Shown here piece after piece: positions 15,826 to 28,252 of a DNA stretch of 64,000 nt. The DNA comes from Trichosphaerium sp. ATCC 40318. Its lineage: Eukaryota; Protista; Tubulinea. The translations under genes and the position numbers were made by a program. Position 1 is the first letter of the stretch. The number at the start of each line of letters is the position of its first letter. Under the pieces are notes generated by a model. The model was not told where the DNA came from and ran no database searches. It worked only from the letters and a program-made list of their open reading frames with translations. The DNA lies in the NCBI GenBank assembly GCA_038496445.1, contig JALMLS010000420.1, positions 124,001-188,000 on the forward strand. The letters are read 5' to 3'.

Positions 15826-18800
15826 ATGTCAAAGCGTAGGGACCCGCCTTCTGGTGCTCAAGAGCGGGATAGCAAGCGCGCAAAGATTGAAGTTCCCCAG
15901 TCTGCGTTTCAAGATGTATGTTGTTGTTAAAATTACTATTTCTTACAAATATAGGCTGAAGAGTTTAATATTGCTGTGTTAAAGCAACAAAATCAACAAC
16001 TTTTCTGCAAATTAAAGCAGCAACAAACTGAGATCAAAGAACTAAAGGTTGAGCGCAATGCAAGCAAACAAGCCAGTGAAAAAGCGGCTGTTTGCGCAAA
16101 CGGTGTAGAATTAGCGTTTCAGGAGGTTAGTGTTAATATACTTGTTATTGTAACAATTAACGGCTTATAGCTAATTGAAATTCTTAAATCCGTTCCAAAA
16201 CTTGCTACAGTAGAACAAGTGGTAGATATAGACTCTTCACTATTAACAAAGGATTTTCTCGGCGTAGTAAAGGACTCTGGCGCTTCCTCTGCACTTTCGT
16301 TGGAATTCACTCACAGAAATGGCCAAATACGAGAAGCGCTCACGCAACTCTCTTCGCTGCTAGCACAGACCGTCCAAAAGCAAATTAATTATCACAAAGC
16401 TCTAAGCACCTTATCAGGTAATTAAACTAGCATTAAAGTAATCTTCCTAGTCTGTGCAACGCTTTTAAATACTCACAGGGCAATTTAACTGATTACGAAG
16501 TAGGTGACGATCAAAAACTTGCGCAGCTCACTGAACGCCACGCAGAACTAACAAGAGATCTTAAGGATACTAAACAGGCTCTCGCCATTGCTGAGAATAA
16601 TGCGCGAGTGCAGCAGCGTAAAATGGATGCGTTGCAGCTGCAAGTGACAGGTAATTTCTTTGAAGAGAACTTTTTTGTTTGACCGAGCTGTCAAGAAAAA
16701 TGACCTCCTCCTGGCGTTTAACGGAATAATAACGATATTGTAGACTATGAAGCCGCTAAGAAAGAAACTGTTGAAGAGACTTTCAAGCTTAGAGAAAGGC
16801 TTGAACGTTTCGAACGGGATTCACACAGGCTAGAACAAAAAGTGAGCACAATGACAGTTAAATTGGAATCCGCACAACTCAGTTCTTCTTTTGACACGGA
16901 CCATGATATGGGACAAACAGAACAACCTTTACTCGATAAGGTATGAGCCTAATTCCAAATGGTATCTTTAATAGTGGCTTATGAGTATAGGACGTCCAAG
17001 CGACTATAGAAGAACTTAGAAGAAAGTTGGCATCTCGCCTTCAAGAAATCAAACAGCTTCAGGACGAAAAAGTTGGCTTACTCAAAGCAGCCAATGCACA
17101 CAACCTGGTAAGGTCCTTTGTTAGCTTGTTTGAATGCATTTCTGTTATGCAATATGTTTATTGACACCCTCAGGGCCAAGGAACACATTCAGGGCATAGT
17201 ACTACAGAGTACAAGGCTCTAGAAGCAAAATATCTTCACATCAAAGCAGATCTTGATAAGTCAACACAAACAGCTGCTTCTCTGCAAGAAACTCTTCTCG
17301 ATGCCAATGCCAGTCATGCCAAGCAACTGAAGGATTTAGAGGTATATTTATCGCCGTGAGCGCTTTGTATTAAACATACTTGCATTTAGGCAACACGGAT
17401 AAATCACGTGAACAATCTTCAAAATAAAATCAACGAACTTCACAGCAAGATGGCAACTGCTATGCTTAACGAAAATAAGAACAAGCATGGATCAGAGCAA
17501 TTAAAAGGTGTCAAGAGCTCCCAAGAGCTAATGAAGGAACTCAAGCAAATGGCTGAGTCATCAGAGCTCCGATTGAAAAAAACTCAAGAAGAAAATGCAA
17601 AACTGAAGAAACAAGTTGAAGAGTCAAAAGCTCTCTTGGATAAGAAGTCCGAAGAAGCACTCAATAAAACTTTGGAAGAAAAGGTAATAATAATTGGCGT
17701 TATCTTAATCATAGCAATGTTGTTAACAGTCATACGCTAGGAGCTGGCTGTGAAGATGGCTAATGAAGAAATTAAAAAATTAAAATCAGTCATCGATCAA
17801 CACAGCAAGCAACAGCAAAAGTGGACTGACAAGGAGCATGAATTAAAACTAATGATAAAGGGATATCAAAAATTACCTTCTGAGCAACTGGATGCAGCGA
17901 AGGTAAGTCACGTGGCGGAAGCCTACGTCACTCTTGGCGTTTTCTTTAATGAAACTTCAAAAAGTCGATTTTTATGTTTCATGCTCATTCCTTTTTTTAG
18001 CTTCAGGTTGCTGCTAATATTGCAACAAGTAAGCAAGAGAAAGCTGAAGCAGAATTGGAGAAATTCAAATCTGGAGAGGCCTTAGAGCGTGTTAAGAAGG
18101 AAGTTGCTGATAAGATGAAACGACTTGAATCACAAAACAAGGATCTTTCTAAACATATATTTAAAGTAAAAGAAGAAAAGACCAAGATTTTAGAAGACCT
18201 TTCTTCTCAAAAAGAAGAAGTAAAAGCTCTTTACAGTGAGATTGAAACAATCAGTCTAGAATACGAAAAGAACCTTGAACAAAACGCCAGGTTGTTGACA
18301 CACATGCAAGACAAGGATGAGTCCAATACCACCATGTATAAAGAGGTATGTTTAAGGGATATTGAGTCCAGCACTGTAACTGTAAAAGGCATGGAGCTAA
18401 TGTTGTTCTAGACGCTCAAGATGACTCAAATACAAAATAATCTAAGGAAAGAAAATGACTTACTCAAAAAAGAGGCTGAAGCAGCTAGTAATGCTCTTAC
18501 TCAAGTGAAGACCCAGATGGATTTACTTCGAGAGAAAGTAGCTATTGTAGAAAAAAAGAACGTAAGCTAAACATCATCCTGTATTCAACCTGATAAAGCT
18601 CACTTTCTTCCTCTTAGCAACAACTCATGACTGAGCGAACTCTTACAAAAGACCAAAAGAAGGCATTAGAAGAGAGCGCACAGCACTCTGATGCATTGAG
18701 TATGTCTTTGTTTTTGGAATGTTTAGTAGTGTTGACACGTGCTCATAAATAAAAATAGGTAACGAGGTCAAGACGAAACTAGTTCTCGTTCAGAACTCTT

Positions 18801-19287
18801 TCGATGACTTCAAGAAGAACTCAGGACAGGGCACTATTGAAGCTGAGAAAGAGAAGCATATTAATAAGCGGCTCGAAGAGGAGTTGTTAGCCACAAAAAG
18901 AAAGTTACAGCGCTATCAGCGTGATCCACAACATCGTAGCAGTAAACTCGAAGAGACCGTAGAAATACTAACGGCACGTTAACAACATTTTTTTAAAGAG
19001 GAAGAGCACGCCACTGAAAAACAGCTAAAATTGTTGACATCCTACAATAGAAAACACTGCGTTGTCCAATATGTTGTCAGAAAGATATAAACGCTGTTAT
19101 CGGAAACGGTAGATGTCACCATTTATTTTGCAAAGACTGCTTGTATGAGCAACTCGCTGTACGAAATAGAAAGTGCGCTGTTTGCGATCAGCTCTTTGGT
19201 ACGTGGTACAAACTATTTTACATTTTCTAACTTTTGGATTTTTCTGCCTTAGGTCGCGATGACATACAATCCGTCTATTTTGCTTGA
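15826..19287 (+). CDS. BRE1: BRE1/RNF20-40-like histone H2B E3 ubiquitin ligase
   Basis: N-terminal AVLKQQNQQL, long coiled coil with LYSEIETISLEYE..EQNARLL..DKDESN, and C-terminal C3HC4 RING LRCPIC..CHHLFCKDC..RNRKCAVC..F...DI..VY. Confidence 0.85.
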
Positions 19288-19427
19288 TGTTCAACCATGC
19301 TTCATCTTTGTCGTTCCAATCATGGGTTTAACAACCGATCAATGTGTCTTTTATGTAACATATAAAACGCTTTTTTTTTTTTCTTGTACGACTTTGTATT
19401 GTTCAAAAAAAAGAATGTCAATTTCTG

Positions 19428-21427
19428 TTAATCCTTTGCTTCGTCTGTATCTGTGGTCTCTCTACTATCTTTTTCTTGTGATGACTCTGTGACATCCACA
19501 GGTTTAGAAGGCTCTTCCTGGGGTACTTTTTCTTGTGGTGACTCTGTGTCATCCACTGATTTCGAGGGTTCTTCCTGTGGTTCTTTGTTTTCAGTTTGTT
19601 GTGACAATTCTGTTTCATTTGCTTCTGGACCCTTGGCTTGTGCTTCTGCTGAAGGGTTCTCTTGAGTGTTATGCTTTACTCCCATAGCTTGTTCTGTTTG
19701 GGCAGCATCGCTTGCATCTGTGACACTTTCAGTATTCGGTGTTGCAGTTGCTTCTGTTTCAGTGTATGTTTGGTTATTTTCAATAGGTGTGTTATTGGTT
19801 GTAATAGTGGCCTTTCTAACATATACTTGCTTCTTTACAGGTGTCTTTGTCTTCTTTGGCACGTACTTTTGTTGTTGGTACTGGGCGCGTCCTTGCTTGC
19901 CTTTTTCGGGAGTTTCTCTGGCATTTCTTTCTCGATCCTTCTTTGGAATATATGGTTCGTGAACGTAAGGCTCCCGTGGTCCTCTTTGTGGACTTCTTCT
20001 ACGTCTTCCTTGCGTAGGCTGTTTGTCATGGACCCAGGTATCAGATGACACATCTTGGGTGTTTTCCTGTCCTGATTGCCTTCTAGGCTGCCTTGGCTCT
20101 CGTTTTGACATTTGCTCATTTAGCTGTCTTGTTTCCTCAGCGATTTTTCGCTCTTTCTCATCCAGCTCTTTTTGAGCACCGTCCATTAGTTCTCTTACTT
20201 TATCTGCTATCCTTGGTATCAAGTCATCGTCTAGAGAGTTCTTTTTGCAAAAAGCAGTAGCTAACTCTGTAGGATCATCCTCCTAAACCGCAACATGAAC
20301 AACCAAAGAAGATATACAAAAAAAAATCGAAAAGAAGAAAGTTACCTTGTATGCTTCAATTTTATCTACCTCAAGATCGATGATAATCAGGGGTTGTCGT
20401 CGCCGTGAAGGTGGCACCTGGGTGGTATTGATTAGGTGGGACATTAATGAGTTTATATTATGTATATGTATTAACGTACGTATACATTGATAGAATCTTG
20501 TTCTTGCTTTTGTCTACGTTGTTGCTTCAATTGTTGATTTCTGAACTTAACATTTCTGTATTTTGAAAAGTCTAATGGAAGATTACGTCCATGACGATCA
20601 TCACGACCACCCCGTCCGCCACGCCCATCACGACCTCTTGCATTACCACTCCCTTTATATGGACTATCATAATCCCTTCCAGAATGCCTACACAAAGAGT
20701 TAGTCTCAACACACAATCAGCACTTAAGCAAACAACAAAAAATCATCAGATTTTGTTTTCTGACACATACCTTTCGTTATTATACCCTCCTCTATTCTGG
20801 TATCTCCCTCTACCACCTCGACCTCTGTTATTTTCATGCCTATTTGGTGACCTCTTTACACGTTCTTCTTCTTCCTTCATGTGCTGCTCGAAGCCATCAT
20901 GTCCCCATGTGTCAACTTGATCAGCTCTTGTGTCCATCGCTACTTCTCTACCGCCTCCTGAGCGGCGTCGGTCTCCGCGATCGCCACGGTCTCCACGGCC
21001 ACCACGGTCACCACGGTCACCTCTGTCGTAGCGATCTTAAACCGGATAGTTAATTAAAAACCTTCAACGGCATTGTAGAATTCCAAAAATCGTTCTTTTT
21101 ACCTCTGCTGTTGCCTCCATAAGCGTCTCGTTGTCCATAACCTCTGTTTTGTTGATAATCACCACGTTCGTATGTATTGTCGCGGTTATTGTATCTATTG
21201 CCTCTGTATTCGTCCCTGGTATAATTATCACGCCTGTTATCATAACCTCTTTCGTTTCTACCACTATAACGCTGTTTAGGAGCGTCATTTGTTTGTCGCT
21301 CTTCTCTGTAAGCTTCTCGTGGAGGCGATTGTTCATTTTTTCTATCTTCTCCTGGCGATAACGGACCATCGTCTAGTCCATCATCTACATCTAAGTCTGC
21401 CCAATTGGTGCTCTTACTGACACTCAT
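19428..21427 (-). CDS. RGG-rich, largely disordered putative RNA-binding protein with Btz/CASC3-like WxHD motifs
   Basis: N-terminal NWAD, GDRGGR/RGG repeats, DTWGHDGF and DTWVHDK, and an acidic C-terminus with a duplicated PQEEPSK.VD.TES.QEK unit. Confidence 0.6.
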
Positions 21428-21554
21428 TGTGGTTGTAATAGCTGCAGTTTACTCAGTGAGACACAGGTTGACTGCTTTACCAGCCATTTTTTTTTTTGCT
21501 GTTTTTTTTTGTTTGGTCGCCACGAAATCATTGCCTATTCGTAGTTAACTCATA

Positions 21555-24174
21555 ATGAGCGATCGTGACCGAAAGAGAGGTCGTAGCATCAGTCGTTCAC
21601 CTTCTAGGGAACGTCCACGAAAAAGAGAGCGAAGGCACAATGACAGAGACGATTCGCGTCAGGCTAGGTACCTGCGCTATTTGCTTAGTAAAATTGAACT
21701 AATTTTTTTGTTTTTAGTCGGGACGGACCATACCTACAACGTGGGCCAAAGGAGGCAGAAAAGAAGGAGGAAACAAAAGCAGAGCAAAAGAGAAAGACTG
21801 CTATGTTAGAAAAATTAAGCAGCGCTGCAACAGGAAGAGCGGGCGGTGTATACATCCCTCCATTCAAACTCAGGCTTATTGAGAAACAAATAAAGGTACA
21901 GGGCATTTTAGCGGTTAAACAAATACAGAAACTGTTTTAAACAATCAAAAGCGCATCAAAAGCATAAATAACAGCCGTGAGAGTGAAAATAACACTAAAT
22001 AACTTTAAGTGAGAAAATGCACCTATTGACACGTTTCTGCAGGATAAAACAGGCGAAGCCTATCAACGGTTAACCTGGGATGCTCTAAGGAAGAGTATAA
22101 ACGGATTAGTAAACAAAGTGTCAGCAACGAACATAAAAAACATTATACCGGAGCTCTTTGCAGAGAATATCATCAGAGGCAAGGGTTTATTATGCCAATC
22201 ACTCATGACGTCCCAACTCGCTTCACCAATGTTCACACACGTCTACGCCGCTCTAATCGCCGTAATCAACACAAAAATGCCAGAAATTGGCGAGCTCATA
22301 CTTCACAGACTTAGACGCACTTTTGTAAAGGTACGCCTTCGTTCAGCTCACCCTCTTTGTCCTAAACGTGAAGATATCAAACCACGCTATTTATTTGCAT
22401 CAATCAAGCGCAAAAAACAAGCGTGTCAGTGTCACAATGCAAAATTTCAAAAAATGAAAAAAAAAAATCGATTACGTTTTTTGATTTTTTCTACAAAACG
22501 CGCTGTGGCTGTCAAATAATTATTGCCTTGCTATTTTCCGCGTGTACATAGACAAGTGCTTACTATGGTGTGTTTTAGGCGTTCACAAGAAATGATAAAA
22601 AGCGTCTTTTGTCTTCAATTCGATTCATAGGCCATCTTGCGAATCAATACGTTTGTGGTATTATCCTACCGCTTCAAATTATAACCAAGCTTATTCAACG
22701 ACCTACGGACGATTCTATAGAAGTTGCTGTTAATTTTGTTCGAGAATGTGGTGAGAGGCTTCAAGAGGAGTCACCTACTGCGTTTAACGGTATTTTCAAA
22801 CAATTCCGAGCTATCCTGCAAGAAGGGAGTCTAGACAAGAGAACACAGTATACTATTGAAAATTTGTTTGCTGTTCTTAAAACAAAGTTTACCGATCATA
22901 AAGCTATCATTGAAGAGCTTGATCTTGTTGAGAAGGATGATCAGTTTACTCATAATATTGATTTGGAGGAAGAGTATGATGTTGAGGATAGATTGAATTA
23001 TTTCCATTTCGACCCTGATTATGAAGAAAATGATAAAACATACGATAATATTAGAAAGGAAATTCTCGGTGATTCTGACGATGATGATTCTGATTCTTCT
23101 TCTGAATCTTCTTCTGATGAAGATGAAGTACGTAAAGGCACTGTTGATATTCGTGATAAGACAGATATGGCCCGTCAGAACCTCAAGAGAACAATCTATT
23201 TGACTATCATGTCGAGTCTCAACTTTGAAGAGTGCGCACACAAATTGATGAGGATGAAACTCGATGACGAGCAGAAGCAAGAAGTCTGTCAAATGTTAGC
23301 AGAGTGTTGTGCACAGGAGCGTTCATATACTAAATTTTATGGACTCCTGGGTCAACGTCTTTGTATGATCGACATGATGTTTCAAAGGTATTTGGGCGAA
23401 ATCTTCGCCTTACAGTACCAGGCTATACACGCTCTTGAGACAAATAAGCTAAGGAATGTTGCTAAGATGTTTGCACATCTTCTACAGACTGATGCTTTGA
23501 ATTGGGAGGTGTTTAAGTGTATTCATTTGACTATGGATGATACAACGAGTAGCAGTCGTATTTTTGTCAAGGTATTGTTCCAACACTTGGCAGAGTTCCT
23601 TGGGCTTCCTAAGCTCAAAGCTCGACTTGAAGAGAATGTTATGCAACCTTTCTACACTGGATTGTACGTCTACAATTTTTAGGGTTTATTTTAAACGGAA
23701 GAAACGCTCGTTTTCTCTCTTTCTTTTTTTTTGTATCTACGCGAAAACAATTCGTCTACGCGTAGATATTGATGTTTATGTTTACTGCGCGAGTAGCGGG
23801 ATTTTATTTTTTTTTGTTTGCGTTTGCTGGTCGCTTATTTCGTTTTTCTTAGGTTCCCTCGTGATAACCCTCACCATACTCGATTTGCTATTAATTTCTT
23901 TACATCCATTGGTCTCGGCGCGCTGACGTACGTTCTTTTTTTGTTTTCTGCTGTTCCAGAACATGTTACTAATTGATTCCTTTCTTTCAGGGATAAATTG
24001 CGTGAGCATCTGCAGAACGCTAAATATGACGAGGAAGAATCTTCTTCATCCTCCTCATCCTCGTCGTCTTCTTCAGATTCGTCGTCCTCCTCTTCGTCGT
24101 CTTCTGACTCGTCCTCAATCAGTTCTTCCGATACTGACTCATCTTCGGACTCTGATTCGTCTTCATCAGACTAA
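21555..24174 (+). CDS. CWC22: Pre-mRNA splicing factor CWC22 (MIF4G + MA3)
   Basis: [62 protein letters not shown] and [13 protein letters not shown], with a Ser-rich tail. Confidence 0.97.
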
Positions 24175-24627
24175 ATGATATACATCACTCAGGAAGAGGT
24201 AACATCTGGAGCTAAAAAAATAAACAAAATTGGTAAAAAAAAGAAGGTTTGGTTTATGCTATGTTTGCCTTTGAGTGGGTTTCAGTTTCCAAACTGTAGT
24301 GATTTCACCTTAAAAGTAAACTGCACTATTATTGATCGTTTCTTGCTGTTGCTAAAGGGTTAATATTGAAACGACACCATTAAATTCCTGAAAAAGGAAT
24401 AAAACCAGTTGGCTGCACAAGTTCCGTATCGTCGTTTTCTACTTTTGCAATTCGTTTTGTGCAAAGCGAAATCATTGTATAAAGGTTCTCATAGCCAACG
24501 CAATGCGATAAAGCAAATGAATACTTACAAAAAGATGCTCAAGCGGAGAAAAGAATTAATTGCTTTCTAGTGCGTTTCAAATACTAAAACATCGCTGATA
24601 CTGTTCTCACACGCGCGACAAGCTAAC

Positions 24628-25023
24628 ACAAGCGATTACGAGCATTTTGAAATGTGCATTATCCATATTCGAGTATTTTAAATGGATATTTCGGTGAAGT
24701 GTATCCCACAATTTATTTTTTTCGTGTTTGTACGTGTACAAAAGGATGACCGCTTGGTTCTTCTATCACTCAGCGGGTTGGTCACCGCCAAATTAAAGGC
24801 TGCCTGTCATGCGCAAACCCATGGCTGTCGTAGTTGCTGCTCTATGTTGACCATTAGAGCCGGGCTTGCATTGTGCTGTTACCTTCGTTAGGGTACATAA
24901 ATTTCAGTTCTTAATAGTGATAATTCCTGATTGCAGCAGGCATTGTAGAATGCTGTTACCAACAATGTGAGCCTACATGAGTGAATTCCTTAACAAAGAT
25001 ACCAAAGCCTCTCATTCTTTTTG
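24628..25023 (+). ncRNA. Copy 1 of a 396-bp multicopy element; putative structured ncRNA in invariant core 24762-25023
   Basis: Near-identical to three other copies. Long-range helices with G-U pairs, TCCCACAA at 24704, ends in TCTTTTT. No match to snRNA/SRP/RNase P/MRP motifs I can recognise. Confidence 0.6.
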
Positions 25024-26475
25024 CATGTAATCGCAGAAATTACTCTTTTAAGTTTTGTTTTCTTTCACTAAAAAAATGTAAAGTAACATTCCCGTGTTTT
25101 GATCCAAAGCTTGATCTTTGTGTTTTGGCTTCCTTAAAGCGCAATTCGCTCAAAACATGCCTTGGTTACATACTGTACATGAGATTTAGCGTTGGTGACT
25201 CTTTTAACAGGTTTCCTGCCTTTTCGGTTTCAAAAACGTGATCGTACCGTTTAACGATTTCTCTTGCTTTGCTCTTGGGACAAGCGTTTACGTACTATGA
25301 GAGATGGTTCTTTCGCTTTGACGCCACTTTAAACCTTCTTGGGCTATTTTAGTTCCAAAACCTGCGACTCTCAAATTGTAGGTGTTGTGCATTGCTATTT
25401 GGATTCATGACACTTTGAAGCTCTTTTTCTCTCGTTCTGCACCAACAAAGCAATAATAGATCAAAACATGTTGTCGTGGTGAAACTAACGAGCCGCTATG
25501 ACAACCAAGGGCCCCAATACCTCCTAAATAATCTTGTGTTAGAAACTGTTTGAAAGTCGTACATCGTATCTTTAAACAACAGAATAAGATGACATTCGCG
25601 TCAGTATACTGCACCTCCAATTGCTGATTGTTTTGGTAATCTAAAATTACAATATGTGACACCAACCGCTAAAGATGACTGTGTTTAGCCGTTATCTGTT
25701 CATTGTAAAGATTGAAGAGATAAGGATTGTAATAATATTCCCTGCTGCTTTGACGATCCTAGACAGTATTAACGGTACTGGTTAGCTCTTCTCCAGCTTG
25801 CTTTGCGGACAGTTTAAACAAATTTCGCTTAAACGAACAAATCCTGATATCTAACCCTTCTTGCACCAAACAGGCACGGTAGCGAAAGCATATTTCATGT
25901 TCTCAACCCAGACTAAAAACCAAAAAACCGAAACACTCTATCATTATTGCTCACGCGCGGCAGATGCTTGGCGCAAAGCTCAAGCTCACCAAGGAAAAAT
26001 ACAGTGATTTCTCCATCCAAGCGGTCTACGATACAAGCGGATGTAGAGGTACGATCAGGTGAAACGCTGAGCGCTTAAACTGCAAAAAATTACCTTCTCG
26101 TAGAAAATAGCAAGGTTCATCTTGCCGCGACACGTAGCCATGAACTAAAATTACAATGTAAAATAAACGATTGCAACAGCATGCTGCGAACACGAACAAT
26201 TGCACATTTTATTCAGATGCAACTTCAAACGCAAAATTCTGTGAGGCTCTCACGTGCCACACCTTTATTTTTTTGGTGTGCCATTTCACAAGCATTTCCT
26301 AATTTATGTGAGTCGTATTTCTTTGTGATGTCGATTCGCTTTGTTTTCCTAATTCATTAAAAAAGCATGTTTTTATCAAAGTTATCAAAAATATCGGTTG
26401 GAGTATTGCCGCCAACTTGCTTCACTTAGTTCGACTTAACAGATTTCTTACCTCGTGCATTACTGTAACAAGACT

Positions 26476-27436
26476 ATGGCCAATTTATTCCGTACAATCG
26501 CTCGCTTTGCTAGAACTGCGTACAGAAAGTGTACTTTACAAGGTACGGGTTGGGCGACGATTATGTCGGCAAAGCCATTGGGAAGTAGTGAGAGGTGTCG
26601 TGTGTTAAAAGCGCGACGAAATGATAATGGAGAGAGTGTAGCTCTCAAAATTATTGAAACGGCTAATAGAAGCACAGATGAGTACGAGGAGGACGCTGAG
26701 GCACTTGTAAGCACTTTTCCCTTTCTTAGTTTTGTTATTTTTGCACCAACCGGCACAAATACTTACTCGACTTCTCTAGGAGCGCGAATACGACTTCGCT
26801 AGCAGTCTCAAGTGTAAAGGCGTCGTCAAACCCTTGAAGTTTCTAAGTGGTAACCATGGAGTTGCGATAGCAATGCCCAGAGCTTATGGATCCGTGTTGG
26901 ATGTGTTTGCAAATCCTTCGGTCAACACTGTGGCGGTTGTAGCTGAGAGTACGTTATCTACACTCACGCAACTGCACAGAGAAGGTGTAGTGCATAACAA
27001 CATCACGCCGGATAACATATTGGTGTTCCCTTCAATGGACATAATGCTCGCTGATTTTGGCGCTTCTGGGTATGTAAAGGATACCAGAAAGCTCAAAACC
27101 TTTATGGGCACTCCTGGTTACGTGTTACCTTCTGTTGAGCGCAGAGGGTACACAACACAGAATGACCTTTACGCAGTTGGTGTGACAACAATGCGTATTG
27201 CATTAGGCGACGAATACATGCCGTGCAATGAGTACTCTGGTGAAAGTGAGTTTGAGGCTAATCGCCTCTGTTTTCAAAAGTTGAAGGAAGTATTCCTGAA
27301 ACGCTTTGAGAGCTCACTTAACCACAATGAGTGCTTGCTGGTCGATTTTGTTCACGCTTGCCTTGAACCATCAGCCGAGTATCAGAGCGCGTCAGATTTG
27401 ATGGAACATGAATTCATCTCTTTAGCGTATGACTGA
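26476..27436 (+). CDS. Protein kinase-like, probable pseudokinase (one intron 26707-26779)
   Basis: VALKII, DFG and GTPGY are present, but the catalytic loop reads VHNNITPDN (HRD to HNN) and the Gly-loop is degenerate. Confidence 0.8.
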
Positions 27437-28252
27437 TGGGTGTGCGTAGAATCTCTTGGGATGTCAAAATTTTTTTTTGGCATAAATATGGCAGACGGGT
27501 TTTTTTTGGAGAGTTTTTTTTTATGGTGGGATCTTTGGTTTACAACTTGTGGTATGAACCAAAGTTCTTTCTCATTTCTCTCTATCTTTAGGTTTTTAAA
27601 AGGTGCTCTTCTTGGTTTTGCGTTGTGGGATGAACCAAAAGGGCTCTAGACCTAGTTTTTTTTTTTTTTTGGACTTTTTTGTTTTTTAGGTGTTTTCTGT
27701 TTCCTTGATCGTATTGGATGTGCGTGACAGGTCATTCTGTAACGGTTCGCCTTTCTAATAAAAGAATTATTCCTTTAATAACTTTGTACATTATTGTTTG
27801 TTCATAATCGTTGCCATTCACAGCATTGCTCAAAGTTTTTTTTGTATTTTTTCACTCGTTGTAGTGCCATTATAAAACATTGCAAAGTTGTTTGTTTGCA
27901 TATCATTTACGCCTTGAAGACATAAGTGTAGAATAATACCTTTGAAAACAAATCAAAAAAAGCGTTATTGTTTGTGCCGAACTGTCAACTGAACTTTTTA
28001 CCTGTTCAGCACGTGTTTGAAACACCGCCAAAAGTACGAAGATCCTGCCCAATTGGTTTAGACGCACTTTCTGAACCGAGAGCGTGCCATTTAACATAAG
28101 GCACGCAATTAATCAACTTTAGATTGTAGTCCTACCAAAATCGCTAGAGTAGCTTTAACTGAACTGGCAATCAACTGCGCAGCTGTGGTGCTTTTTTTAT
28201 TGATTTGGCAGTTGGACTTAACTTAAAACGACAGTTGTGCATTTTGCTTGCC

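Noticed and set aside
24682-24891. 69-aa ORF MDISVK.. present in all four repeat copies
   Set aside because: Differences between copies are largely non-synonymous (C/S, V/M, R/W, L/H), conservation extends far beyond the stop, and no domain is recognisable.
25050-26450. Short ORFs in the gap after repeat copy 1
   Set aside because: No recognisable motifs or coherent exon chain.
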